64,000 nucleotides of DNA from the IMG/VR virus record IMGVR_UViG_3300029904_000005, positions 1 to 64,000 of that record. One strand, given 5' to 3'. The notes below the pieces were generated by a model that saw only the letters and a list, made by a program, of their open reading frames with translations, ran no database searches and was not told where the DNA came from. Position numbers and translations under genes: made by a program. Each line of letters opens with the position of its first letter. Within the stretch, counting starts at the first letter, position 1. Of this stretch, positions 24,969 through 34,790 are shown piece by piece. Source of the stretch: a virus.

Positions 24969-27181
24969 TAGAAAAAGAATGGCTTGGAAATAATCAACTC
25001 TCATTGGATATTTGGGATAAGAAGTACAGGATAAATAATGAGAGTTTTGAAGAGTGGCTTGACAGAGTAAGTGGTGGAAACCCTTATGTCAGACAGCTTA
25101 TAAAAGATAAGAAATTCCTGTTTGGAGGTAGAATCCTTGCAAGTAGAGGAGTTACTGATAGAAGAGTTACTTACAGTAATTGTTATGTTATAACTCCTCC
25201 TAATGACAACATAGAATCTATCTTTGAAGCAGGAAGGAAACTGGCAAGAACTTACAGTTATGGTGGGGGCTGTGGTATAGACATCAGCAATCTAAGACCT
25301 AAGAATGCTGTAGTTCATAATGCAGCCAAGAGTACTTCTGGAGCTGTAAGTTTCATGGATTTATACAGTTATATCACTGGTCTTATAGGGCAGTCAGGTA
25401 GAAGAGGAGCACTGATGATTAGTATTGATTGCAGACATCCTGATATTGAGGAATTTATTAACCTCAAGACTAAGCAGGGTGTATGTGAGAAGGCTAATAT
25501 CAGTATCAGGGTATCTGATGATTTCATGCAGGCAGCTATTGATGATAGGGATTGGGTAACTGAATTTACAAGTGAGGAGACTGGTACTATAACTAAGACC
25601 TTTAAGGCAAGGGACTTACTCAAGTTACTTGCCAAAAGGAATTGGGAATGGGCAGAGCCAGGACTACTTTACTGGGACAGAATCACAGGATATAATATGC
25701 TTGACAATGATGAAAGATTCAGTTATGCAGGGGTAAATCCCTGTGCTGAAGAGCCACTGCCGGCAGGAGGAAGTTGCCTATTGGGCAGCATTAATCTTAG
25801 TGAATTTGTAACCAATCCTTTCACAGATAAGGCTTATATAGATTGGGAAGGACTTGAAGAGGCAGTCTCAATAGCAGTGCTGGGCCTTAACCAAGTACTT
25901 AATGAAGGGATGATGCTTCATCCCTTACATGAGCAAAGAGAGTCTGTGAAGAATTGGAGACAGATTGGCTTAGGTACTATGGGGCTTGCTGATATGCTTA
26001 TTAAGATGGGTAGAACTTATGGCTCAGAAGAGGCATTGGCATTGACTGAAAGTGTTTATAGGACTATAGCAATAGCATCTGTAGCAGCATCTCTTGAACT
26101 TGCAAAAGTCAATGGATGCTATCCTATGTGTGATAAGGAGAAATTGGTGGAATCATCATTCATCCAATCTATTGGGCTTCCTAAGTATATGCTTGATGAC
26201 ATAAGAATCTATGGTCTTCACAATAGTCAGTTATTAACCTGTGCCCCTACAGGCAGTATAGCTACTATGTTACAGGTAAGTACTGGAGTGGAGCCTAACT
26301 TTGCATTGAAGTACACAAGGAAGACTCAATCATTGAATGGTAAGGACACTTATTATGATGTCAATGCCAAGATAGTTGATGACTATTTTTATACTCTCAA
26401 GAGTAAATATGCTACACCTAGAGAGAATGAGGAACTTCCCGACTACTTTGTAGAGTCTAAAGATATAGCTTCTATTGACAGAATTAAGATGCAAGCAGTG
26501 CTACAGAAGTACACTGATGCTTCCATCAGTTCCACCATTAATCTTCCTAATGAGGCCACTGTTGATGATGTGTATAATATCTATGTGGAAGCATGGAAGA
26601 ATGGATTAAAGGGGGTTACTATCTATAGGGCTGGATGTAATAGAGAAGGTATTCTGACTATAAAGAAGCCAGAGAGTATTCCTGTGACAGGTGCTCCTAA
26701 GAGACCTACAGTATTGCCTTGTGATATTTATAAAGTGAAGGTAGGAGGAGAATATTTCATAGTATGTGTTGGTCTGTATGAGGATAAGCCTTATGAAGTA
26801 TTTGTATTCAGACTGAAGAAGAATGTGAATATCACAGATGCTAAAGGAACTCTTACTAAGGTGAAGAAGGGGGTATATAATCTGTACTCAAAAGACCTGG
26901 TAATAGCTAATATTCTTGATACAGACATTTCTGTAGAAGAGAAGGCAGCTACACTATATAGCAGTATGCTCCTCAGGCATGGAGTCAATATCAAGTATAT
27001 TATCAAGACAGCAAAGAAGGTAAATGACAATATATCCTCATTCTCATCAGCTATGTGCAGGGTACTTGCCAAGTATATGCCTGTTGAGAAAGGAGGTACA
27101 TGTCCTGAATGTGGTGCTGAATTGGTGCATTCTGGGGGATGTGAGTCATGTCCTTCCTGTGGTTACTCAAAATGTGGATAG
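24965..27181 (+). CDS. ribonucleotide reductase catalytic chain (no small subunit nearby; probably class II)
   Basis: Active-site NPCAEE. C-terminal Cys tail CPECGAELVHSGGCESCPSCGYSKCG. 738 aa. Confidence 0.75.
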   Translation: MIEKEWLGNNQLSLDIWDKKYRINNESFEEWLDRVSGGNPYVRQLIKDKKFLFGGRILASRGVTDRRVTYSNCYVITPPNDNIESIFEAGRKLARTYSYGGGCGIDISNLRPKNAVVHNAAKSTSGAVSFMDLYSYITGLIGQSGRRGALMISIDCRHPDIEEFINLKTKQGVCEKANISIRVSDDFMQAAIDDRDWVTEFTSEETGTITKTFKARDLLKLLAKRNWEWAEPGLLYWDRITGYNMLDNDERFSYAGVNPCAEEPLPAGGSCLLGSINLSEFVTNPFTDKAYIDWEGLEEAVSIAVLGLNQVLNEGMMLHPLHEQRESVKNWRQIGLGTMGLADMLIKMGRTYGSEEALALTESVYRTIAIASVAASLELAKVNGCYPMCDKEKLVESSFIQSIGLPKYMLDDIRIYGLHNSQLLTCAPTGSIATMLQVSTGVEPNFALKYTRKTQSLNGKDTYYDVNAKIVDDYFYTLKSKYATPRENEELPDYFVESKDIASIDRIKMQAVLQKYTDASISSTINLPNEATVDDVYNIYVEAWKNGLKGVTIYRAGCNREGILTIKKPESIPVTGAPKRPTVLPCDIYKVKVGGEYFIVCVGLYEDKPYEVFVFRLKKNVNITDAKGTLTKVKKGVYNLYSKDLVIANILDTDISVEEKAATLYSSMLLRHGVNIKYIIKTAKKVNDNISSFSSAMCRVLAKYMPVEKGGTCPECGAELVHSGGCESCPSCGYSKCG

Positions 27182-27182
27182 T

Positions 27183-27323
27183 ATGTATAAGGTAGCTTAT
27201 TACACAAGAGATGACAGACTGGAGGAGAAAATAAACTCAGTCTGTAAGGATGGTGAATATGAAATAGCACAACTTACAGTTGATGAAGAGTGCTACACAG
27301 TAATTTATAAGAAAGTACAATGA
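27183..27323 (+). CDS. small hypothetical protein (46 aa)
   Basis: ORF 27024..27323 trimmed to the ATG at 27183 just after the reductase stop. Confidence 0.35.
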   Translation: MYKVAYYTRDDRLEEKINSVCKDGEYEIAQLTVDEECYTVIYKKVQ

Positions 27324-27541
27324 CAATTAACACAAAATTTAACATAGGAGATGAGGTGTATTTCATGCATAATGATAAAATTCAAATAGGCCATGTCTGG
27401 AGTATAAGAATAGGAATAAGTGGACCTAATTGGATAAGTGAGGAATATACAATGCAAGAGCATGGGGGAAGTACTTATGCTCCAAGATTTGCCCCTCATC
27501 AGTTATTCAGAACAAAACAAGAACTAATAGAATCATTATGA
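27320..27541 (+). CDS. hypothetical protein (73 aa)
   Basis: ORF track entry; overlapping stop and start with neighbours. Confidence 0.6.
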   Translation: MTINTKFNIGDEVYFMHNDKIQIGHVWSIRIGISGPNWISEEYTMQEHGGSTYAPRFAPHQLFRTKQELIESL

Positions 27542-28062
27542 AACTGAAGATAAAAGTAAAAGTTTTAACAGATGGCTGTATGCCTGAAATCAGTGAGAAA
27601 GGTGACTGGATAGACCTTAAGTCTGCTATAGACATACATATACCTGCGGCTCAAGCTGGAGTACAATATCAAGAGAATAATGTAAAGTACAGAGATGTCC
27701 ATATGCCTGTAGAATATATTCCTTTAGGAATTGCAGCTAGACTTCCTAAAGGATTTGAAGCTATAGTTGCATCAAGAAGCAGTGGTCCTAAGAAAATGAG
27801 GATTTTCATCCCAAATGGGCAGGGTATCATTGATAACTGCTATAATGGAAATAATGATGAGTGGAAATATGTAATATCTCCTATGGAAGGTACTGATATT
27901 CATAAAGGAGATAGAGTATGTCAGTTCAGGATACAGCTAAGTCAGAAGGCTACTATGTGGCAGAAACTGAAATGGGTGCTTAGCTCAGGTATCAGGCTTA
28001 TACAGGTTGATGACTTAGGTGATACTAATAGAGGCGGATTAGGAAGCACTGGAATTAAGTAG
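27538..28062 (+). CDS. dut: dUTP diphosphatase (dUTPase)
   Basis: Motifs IVASRSSG and C-terminal RGGLGSTG. 174 aa. Confidence 0.85.
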   Translation: MKLKIKVKVLTDGCMPEISEKGDWIDLKSAIDIHIPAAQAGVQYQENNVKYRDVHMPVEYIPLGIAARLPKGFEAIVASRSSGPKKMRIFIPNGQGIIDNCYNGNNDEWKYVISPMEGTDIHKGDRVCQFRIQLSQKATMWQKLKWVLSSGIRLIQVDDLGDTNRGGLGSTGIK

Positions 28063-28086
28063 TAACCAAAAAAAAAAGCATGAAAC

Positions 28087-28575
28087 ATGAGTTTGGAAAT
28101 AATTGGTGTGGTTATCTTGGTATTGGCAGTAGTAATTATTGCCAATACCATTGATAGTAGAAGGAAAAGGAACAATAGTAAAATCTCCTTTAAGGAAGCT
28201 ATGGATTTGGTAGAGCTGCCTGTGGTGACATTTTATAATGGCAATAGGAAACTGAACTTTCTGTTGGATACAGGAAGTAATGTATCTTACATCAACAGCT
28301 CTATCATTTCTCTTCTTGACCATGAGAAGACTGGTAAGAAGATGGATACTATTGGAATTGAAGGGAATAAAGTTAGTAACCAGTTCTGTAAAATGTCTGT
28401 GACATACAAGAATCAGGTATTTGAAGAAGAGTTTAGTATTGCTGATTTGGATGAGGCATTCAGTGTAGTAAAGCAGGAGTCTGGAGTTCAAATACATGGT
28501 ATCTTAGGAAGTAAGTTCTTTGAGAGATATAAGTATGTCCTTGACTTTAAGGAACTTATAGCATACATTAGGTGA
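28087..28575 (+). CDS. membrane-anchored retropepsin-like aspartic protease
   Basis: N-terminal TM helix. NFLLDTGSNVSYI is a D-T/S-G active-site motif. GILGSKFFERYKYVLDF is a retropepsin-like flap/dimerisation motif. Confidence 0.55.
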   Translation: MSLEIIGVVILVLAVVIIANTIDSRRKRNNSKISFKEAMDLVELPVVTFYNGNRKLNFLLDTGSNVSYINSSIISLLDHEKTGKKMDTIGIEGNKVSNQFCKMSVTYKNQVFEEEFSIADLDEAFSVVKQESGVQIHGILGSKFFERYKYVLDFKELIAYIR

Positions 28576-28844
28576 TGGAAGATATTATCAGGCTACATTC
28601 AAGAGGTGGTTCCAATAATTACCTCAAGAAGATGAGAAAACCAAATGGTGAGGAATCAAAGACTTATGTAATCAAGACTGATATACCTACTCTTAGAATG
28701 GGGTATGTTGATGATAAGAGAAAGTTCATTGACCCATCAGGAGGCCCTATGATAGTTGAAGGTTCATTGCTTGAAGAGGCTGATGCAATAGTCAAATCAA
28801 TTGACTTTGTTGTTGGATATGGTCATACTATAACATTTGAATGA
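28572..28844 (+). CDS. hypothetical protein (90 aa)
   Basis: ORF track entry; overlapping stop and start with neighbours. Confidence 0.65.
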   Translation: MMEDIIRLHSRGGSNNYLKKMRKPNGEESKTYVIKTDIPTLRMGYVDDKRKFIDPSGGPMIVEGSLLEEADAIVKSIDFVVGYGHTITFE

Positions 28845-31155
28845 TATGATATATTTTGTCACTGGTCAGAGAGAACTATTTGAATTTCCTGATGCCAAGT
28901 ATAAGTGTATCTCTGTAGAGGAGTCCTTAAGAATACTGGAGCCTCTTAGGATTGTAGGCTTGGATACTGAGACTACAGGTACAGAAATATGGCAAGGCTG
29001 GTTGCTTACCCTTCAATTAGGTAATAAAGAGAATCAAGTAGTAATAGATTGCTTGACCACTGATGTCAAACAGTATAAAGACTATCTTGAAAGTGACAGA
29101 TTATTCATCATTCATAATGCAAAATTTGACTTAAGATGGCTATATAAGGAACATATTGTAGTCAGAAATGTCTATGATACTTATTTGGCTGAAAAGATTC
29201 TATATCTTGGTTTTCCTCCGGGCATTATCTCCCTCTCTTTACAGGCTTGCTGTGACAGATATTTGAATGTCTTTCTTGACAAGACTGTGAGAGGGCAGAT
29301 ACATGCAGGAATGACTGAGGATGTCATAGTTTATGCTGCAAATGATGTAGTGTATCTTGAAGATATTATGAACAGTCAGTTACCAATTATCAGTGCAAGA
29401 GGCCAGAGAGTTGCACTTGATATTGAGAATGAGTTTGTAAGAGTTCTTGCATATATTGAATTTTGTGGTATCAGACTTGACCCTGAGAAGTGGAAGGCCA
29501 AGATGGTTAAAGATGCAGAGAGGTTGAAAATTGCCGAGCAGAAACTGAATGAGTGGGTAGTTGATTATGTGATGAAGAAGAATGACCCTTCTTTAATTGC
29601 AAATAACTATGACTCTCATAAGAAGGGTAAGCCAGTCAAACTTGCTGACAGTGTATATGTAGTTATACCTGCACCAACACTATTTTCCGAGTTTGATACT
29701 GGACCTCAATGTATTATTAACTGGAACAGCTCCAAACAGGTAATCAGGTTGTTTGAGGAACTTGGATTTGACTTATGGGTTAAAGACAAGAAGACAGGCA
29801 AAATGAAGAAGTCTGTGGAGTCCAAGTATATAGAATTGCAAGCTGACAAGAGTACCATTGTTCCTTTGTATCTTGAGTATTCAGCAGCCTTCAAGGTAGT
29901 GACATCCTTTGGTCAGAATTTTCTTGATGCCATTAACCCTGTGACACATAGAATCCATCCAACATTCAATCAAATGATGGATACAGGTAGATTGTCTTGT
30001 GGTTCAGGAGGAAAAGGAAAGGGAGGCAGGACTAAGGATGATGATATTGCAGAGGAAGAGGATGAGAATAAGGATACTGCAACTCAATCAAATGATAAGA
30101 GTGTCAATATCCAACAACTTCCTGCTACAGAAGAGACAAGAGCAGCCTTTATCCCTGAAGAGGGACATATGCTGGTAGACTGCGACTATGGAGACCAAGA
30201 GGGTCATGTATTCACAGAGCTGTCTGGTGATAAGGAGTGGATTGATTTCTATAATGACCCTAATCAAAGAGACGGACATTCATTTGTAGCTAAGATGTGT
30301 TTTCCTAAAGACCTTGATGGTATTGAGGAAAAAGATGTCAAGAAGAAGAGAAAAGACCTCAGAGATTTGGCTAAGAAAGCAAGGTTCTGTTTCAATTATA
30401 ATGGGCAAGCTCCTACAATGGCTGCTAATTGTAACATTCCTGTAGATTTTGCAACTGAGATTTATAACAACTATTTCAAAAGATTCTATGGTATAGCAGG
30501 CTATTTCAAAGTCCAGAAAAGGGATATGTGGAATAGGGGCTATATCTTGATTTCCAAGATAACTGGACTTCGGGCATACATTTATGACTATCCTATACTG
30601 AAAGGTATAGAGAGGAGGAAGAATAGTATGGAGGATTTCTGGGATATTTATAAAGCTGCAAGAGACAGTGGCAGGGTAATATCAGAAATTCCACCATCAG
30701 TCATGCAGGAGATAGCCAAGAGATTTGCTGAAGGAAAGTCTATTGAGGAAATAGCTGTCAGATATTCATATAAAGTAAAGAAAGCAGGTAAGGTGGAAGA
30801 GAGATTCATTGATATTAATAGAGAGACTGTATATGTATCAGTGATGAAACATCTTTGGAAAAGAAGGAGTGCTTCTGATAACCAGTCATGTAATTATCCT
30901 TCTCAGGGAACTGCTGCTGCAATGACTAAGATTGCTGGTATCAGATATTTCAATCATCTTGTGAATGATGGACTTATATTCAAAGTCCTCATTCCTAATG
31001 ATGTTCATGATGAATATCTGATTGAACCACCAGCTGAGATTGCAGAGCAGGAAGCTAAGAAGTTGAGTGAATGTATGGAGTACGCAGCAGCAATCTTCTG
31101 TAAGAAGGTGACTATCAGGGCTGTACCTGAAATTTCTGACAAATGGGTACATTAA
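28837..31155 (+). CDS. family A DNA polymerase (3'-5' exonuclease plus polymerase domains)
   Basis: Exo I VGLDTETTG. Pol motif A CDYGDQEGHVF. Motif B RDLAKKARFCFNYNG. Motif C VHDEYLIE. Low-complexity acidic insert at about aa 390-440. Confidence 0.85.
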   Translation: MNDMIYFVTGQRELFEFPDAKYKCISVEESLRILEPLRIVGLDTETTGTEIWQGWLLTLQLGNKENQVVIDCLTTDVKQYKDYLESDRLFIIHNAKFDLRWLYKEHIVVRNVYDTYLAEKILYLGFPPGIISLSLQACCDRYLNVFLDKTVRGQIHAGMTEDVIVYAANDVVYLEDIMNSQLPIISARGQRVALDIENEFVRVLAYIEFCGIRLDPEKWKAKMVKDAERLKIAEQKLNEWVVDYVMKKNDPSLIANNYDSHKKGKPVKLADSVYVVIPAPTLFSEFDTGPQCIINWNSSKQVIRLFEELGFDLWVKDKKTGKMKKSVESKYIELQADKSTIVPLYLEYSAAFKVVTSFGQNFLDAINPVTHRIHPTFNQMMDTGRLSCGSGGKGKGGRTKDDDIAEEEDENKDTATQSNDKSVNIQQLPATEETRAAFIPEEGHMLVDCDYGDQEGHVFTELSGDKEWIDFYNDPNQRDGHSFVAKMCFPKDLDGIEEKDVKKKRKDLRDLAKKARFCFNYNGQAPTMAANCNIPVDFATEIYNNYFKRFYGIAGYFKVQKRDMWNRGYILISKITGLRAYIYDYPILKGIERRKNSMEDFWDIYKAARDSGRVISEIPPSVMQEIAKRFAEGKSIEEIAVRYSYKVKKAGKVEERFIDINRETVYVSVMKHLWKRRSASDNQSCNYPSQGTAAAMTKIAGIRYFNHLVNDGLIFKVLIPNDVHDEYLIEPPAEIAEQEAKKLSECMEYAAAIFCKKVTIRAVPEISDKWVH

Positions 31156-31171
31156 TGAGGATTCACCTGAA

Positions 31172-31462
31172 TTGTTAAGTATGATGTCAAATTATTTGAG
31201 AAGTATGGAACAGAAGATTGATAATGTTAATCATCCTCCCCATTATACTTGGTTAAAAGACAAGTGTGGGATTGAAGTTATTGATATAACAAGACACATG
31301 GATTTTTGCTTGGGTAATGCTATCAAGTATATCCTTAGAGCAGGCCATAAGCAGGATGCCTCTCTCTCTGACAAACAGAAGGAGATTGAGGACTTGAAGA
31401 AGGCTATTTGGTATATTAAGGATAGAATTAAACAATTAGGAGGAGATATGAAAGATGATTGA
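31172..31462 (+). CDS. hypothetical protein (96 aa)
   Basis: ORF track entry; no recognisable motif. Confidence 0.7.
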   Translation: MLSMMSNYLRSMEQKIDNVNHPPHYTWLKDKCGIEVIDITRHMDFCLGNAIKYILRAGHKQDASLSDKQKEIEDLKKAIWYIKDRIKQLGGDMKDD

Positions 31463-31808
31463 TTTAAATAAAGTTTCTACAAGTCCTGATAGGGGAGGTT
31501 ATCATGCCTCCCCTTCTCCTAAACAGGAGTCTTGGAGAAAGAGAGTTCATTTTCTTTGGAGAATTAAAGGAATGACAGTTCCTATAGATGCACCAATGAC
31601 CAAAGAGGAAAAAGAGAAATTCTCACAAGCCCAGACTCTTATAGGAGAAGTAATCAAGGACTTTACAAAGAGTAGTGTTGCCCTTGGATTCAATGCAGTA
31701 AACAGGTGCTACTATTGTGGTAAGCCTGCTGTAACTATTGATAATAAAGGGTATTATGTATGTGAAAAGTGTAAGAATGAATATGCGAGGTTATTGAATA
31801 TGTCATAA
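31455..31808 (+). CDS. hypothetical protein with a C-terminal zinc ribbon (CYYCG...CEKC)
   Basis: ORF track entry; two Cys pairs near the C-terminus. Confidence 0.7.
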   Translation: MIDLNKVSTSPDRGGYHASPSPKQESWRKRVHFLWRIKGMTVPIDAPMTKEEKEKFSQAQTLIGEVIKDFTKSSVALGFNAVNRCYYCGKPAVTIDNKGYYVCEKCKNEYARLLNMS

Positions 31809-32005
31809 TGAGGCAATATACACAGAGAGAGTTCATTAGGATAGTAGAAAGAAGTGGCTTCTATTATGACAGAAATAATGGAAGCCATGCTATCTATGTC
31901 AATAGTAAAGGAAAGCACATCAGCATTCCCCATAAACTTGAGTGTGTAATTGCTCGGCGTTTAATAAAAGAAAATAATTTAGGCATTAATTTAAAAAGAA
32001 AGTAA
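31808..32005 (+). CDS. hicA: HicA-like toxin (YcfA family mRNA interferase fold)
   Basis: QREFIRIVERSGF...NGSHAIYV...ISIPHK matches the HicA pattern as I recall it (xEF..xLE.xG...GSxH......P.H). 65 aa. Confidence 0.6.
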   Translation: MRQYTQREFIRIVERSGFYYDRNNGSHAIYVNSKGKHISIPHKLECVIARRLIKENNLGINLKRK

Positions 32006-32006
32006 A

Positions 32007-32360
32007 ATGACTGAAAGTGGATATTATCCCCCTGGTGCAGAATATAATCCTAATGCACCTTGGAATGAAAAACCTCAGCCAAAGAAGCTTATTCCAGTTA
32101 CAATCAGTATTACAATGAGCAAGTCTGCATATATCTATGTAGATGATTATAAAATACTTGCAACAGGAACTGATGAGGACGGAGCTTACTTTGAGGATAT
32201 AGACTATTCTGATTGTAATCTGAAGAAGGCAGTGGAAGAGCAGATTACACTACCTCAAAATGCTTGGGATTATATAGCTCCTAAGTCAAAGAAGGAAGTG
32301 CAGGCTATCTTTGATTTGAAGGGGTGGAATGTTGATGAGATGGAAGTTGTTTTAGAGTAA
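32007..32360 (+). CDS. hypothetical protein (117 aa)
   Basis: Directly downstream of the HicA-like gene. No recognisable HicB features. Confidence 0.7.
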   Translation: MTESGYYPPGAEYNPNAPWNEKPQPKKLIPVTISITMSKSAYIYVDDYKILATGTDEDGAYFEDIDYSDCNLKKAVEEQITLPQNAWDYIAPKSKKEVQAIFDLKGWNVDEMEVVLE

Positions 32361-32372
32361 AAGAAAAATCTT

Positions 32373-32672
32373 ATGTATATAGTCAAGAAATATCATTATA
32401 GACCTGCTTATAGAAAGGGAGATTTAGAGGATGAGACTGTGATGATAGGAGCTTACACCTTTAATACCCGCAAGGAAGCTAAGGCTTATATAGAAAGAGA
32501 GTTGCAGGGTAGAAAGGATGTAACAAGAAATTATAAGAAAGGAAAAGAAGCCAGTTTATGTACTTACTGGACAGGAAAGACATGGGTTCATGAGAATACA
32601 GGAGAGACTTGTAGGGAAGATTATACCTACATCCTTGAAAATGCAAAATATCCATCAAAGTATAATTTATAG
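32373..32672 (+). CDS. hypothetical protein (99 aa)
   Basis: ORF track entry. The antisense ORF 32479..32706 was rejected. Confidence 0.7.
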   Translation: MYIVKKYHYRPAYRKGDLEDETVMIGAYTFNTRKEAKAYIERELQGRKDVTRNYKKGKEASLCTYWTGKTWVHENTGETCREDYTYILENAKYPSKYNL

Positions 32673-32680
32673 TATAACTT

Positions 32681-33478
32681 ATGATAGATAACTTTGAACT
32701 AATCAAGTCTATGTTCTATTTCAATGAGGCAAATGATATGTTCTTTCATTGCCAGATTGTACAAAGAGCAAAAGACCATAAAGGAGAAAAGATAAGAGAA
32801 GGTGCAATCAAGACTTACTTTATAAGAAGTGCTGAACATCTTATGAGAGTAAGAGATGAAATCATTCTCTTATGTGGGCACTATAAGGCAAGAGCATATA
32901 TTAATGTTGCAGGAAAGGATTTTAGTGCATTACAATCTTTGATGCTTGTTAAACTTGCAAGTGATATTCATCAAGGTCTTGTAAGGAATCCAAGAAAGTG
33001 TCTTAACAGTGCAGCAGGTGAACTCAAGTCAAGAATGCCTAAATGGATTGTGGATATAGATGATGTATCCATGAAGGACTCTATCAAGGAGAAACTCTTT
33101 GAGTTGTATGCAGAGGCTTGGAAGAGGAAAGGTTCTGATATTTCAGTAGAAGCACTTAAAGAAGTAGGAGATAATTATATCTATGCTGAAGTGCCTACTA
33201 AACAAGGAATCCATCTCATTGTAAAGCCTTTCAACACTAAGGCACTCAGTGAAGTATTTCCTGATGTGGATGTTCATAAGAACTCTATGGGAACCTTGCT
33301 GTATTGTCCTGATAATTTGGAAAAGCCTACATATTGCTGTAGCAAATGTGGTGGTACTAATATTCAGGTACAGGCATGGGTTGATGCTAATACTAATAAG
33401 TACATAGATGACATAAGTGATGGAGAATGTTGGTGTGAAGATTGTCAGCTGCATACCAAAATAAAGAGAATAAAATAA
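32681..33478 (+). CDS. hypothetical protein with a C-terminal Cys-rich zinc-finger-like tail
   Basis: CCSKCGG...CWCEDCQ. Preferred over the antisense ORF 33143..33514. Confidence 0.75.
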   Translation: MIDNFELIKSMFYFNEANDMFFHCQIVQRAKDHKGEKIREGAIKTYFIRSAEHLMRVRDEIILLCGHYKARAYINVAGKDFSALQSLMLVKLASDIHQGLVRNPRKCLNSAAGELKSRMPKWIVDIDDVSMKDSIKEKLFELYAEAWKRKGSDISVEALKEVGDNYIYAEVPTKQGIHLIVKPFNTKALSEVFPDVDVHKNSMGTLLYCPDNLEKPTYCCSKCGGTNIQVQAWVDANTNKYIDDISDGECWCEDCQLHTKIKRIK

Positions 33479-33485
33479 AGAGATA

Positions 33486-33650
33486 ATGAGATATGTAGTA
33501 ATTGAGGACTTCAATGGGTTAGTGAATTTTGTTCTTGACCCTGTTGAAGGAATGACAGCAGTATTTGATAATCTTGATGATGCTGTAAAGGCAGCTATGG
33601 ATTGTCAGAATGGTAAAATAGTAGATTTGGATAATTATGAATTTAATTAA
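33486..33650 (+). CDS. small hypothetical protein (54 aa)
   Basis: Acidic product. Its stop overlaps the thyX start region. Confidence 0.35.
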   Translation: MRYVVIEDFNGLVNFVLDPVEGMTAVFDNLDDAVKAAMDCQNGKIVDLDNYEFN

Positions 33651-34602
33651 ATCTTCGCATGAAATATGGGACCAGCCTTCAGGATTTGAAGGAATGTTGG
33701 AGCACATAGAGAGAGCAGGTAGAGTCTGCTATAAGTCAGAGGACAAAATAACTGAAGGCTCAGCTAAGTCCTTTGTAGATAGAATGATTAAGTCAGGTCA
33801 TGGAGCTATGTTGGAGCATGGTACTGTATATTTGCATATCAAAGACTATTATAATTCTGAAGCAAGTAAAACTATAGCTCACTATACTGGAACTGGTACT
33901 ATACTTAGTAATAACTTTAGTGTAAAAGAGATGAGGTCTAATCCCTATTCTAAATGTAATATTATGGGATTGGGATTACATGGAAGGCAGGCTTATATCA
34001 CCACTAACTACAGGGTACTTGTGGAAAATGGTTGGCTTGATGACCTTAAGTTTCTTTGTGAACCTACTGAATATCATGCAAAGAGAATCACTGTTCACTT
34101 TGTGTGTGATAGAGGTGTATCTCATGAATTTGTAAGGCATAGGGTGTTTAGTTTTGCTCAGGAAAGTACAAGGTATTGTAACTATAGTAAGGACAAGTTT
34201 GGTAATGAAGTTACTTTCATTGAGCCTTGCTGGTTGAATATTCCTGAAGGTAAGTACACTAACATAACCAAGCTAAGTTCTGAAGATGGAGAGTATAAGC
34301 AAATAATGTTACATGAGAATAATATCAATGCTTATCCTTTAACTACCACTCCTGAAGGTAGATTCTTATGGGGTTGCCTTTGGTCTGAGCATGACTACTT
34401 TGATTTAATAAGTCAAGGATGGAAACCTCAACAGGCAAGAACAGTACTTCCTAATGCACTTAAAACAGAACTTGTAATGACTGGCTTTGTGGATGATTGG
34501 AAACACTTTTTTGAATTAAGATGTGCTTCTAATGCTCATCCCCAAGCTCAGGAACTTGCCAAACCTCTGCATGAAGAGTTTATTAGGAATGGTTGGCTAT
34601 GA
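33637..34602 (+). CDS. thyX: flavin-dependent thymidylate synthase ThyX
   Basis: ThyX signature FVRHRVFSFAQESTRY (RHRxxxxxS). Confidence 0.85.
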   Translation: MNLIKSSHEIWDQPSGFEGMLEHIERAGRVCYKSEDKITEGSAKSFVDRMIKSGHGAMLEHGTVYLHIKDYYNSEASKTIAHYTGTGTILSNNFSVKEMRSNPYSKCNIMGLGLHGRQAYITTNYRVLVENGWLDDLKFLCEPTEYHAKRITVHFVCDRGVSHEFVRHRVFSFAQESTRYCNYSKDKFGNEVTFIEPCWLNIPEGKYTNITKLSSEDGEYKQIMLHENNINAYPLTTTPEGRFLWGCLWSEHDYFDLISQGWKPQQARTVLPNALKTELVMTGFVDDWKHFFELRCASNAHPQAQELAKPLHEEFIRNGWL

Positions 34603-34790
34603 ATATAGACAAACTAAGAGAAGCATGGCAGTTAGGTAATCCTAAAGTATTCAGATTCAAGAGTATATTTGGATTTATGCAGTTTTGTTGGGAGAATAAA
34701 TTAACTCCTGACAATTCTGCTACTGTCTATGATGAGAAAGAAGAAAGAATGTACTTAGTAAGAAAGGAATATGAGAACGAATTTAATTAA
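34593..34790 (+). CDS. hypothetical protein (65 aa)
   Basis: ORF track entry; overlapping start and stop with neighbours. Confidence 0.6.
   Translation: MAMNIDKLREAWQLGNPKVFRFKSIFGFMQFCWENKLTPDNSATVYDEKEERMYLVRKEYENEFN

Noticed and set aside
28039-28497. 152-aa minus-strand ORF overlapping the retropepsin-like gene
   Set aside because: Antisense to a + strand ORF with clear motifs (DTGS, ILGxxF). Composition is typical of shadow ORFs in AT-rich DNA.
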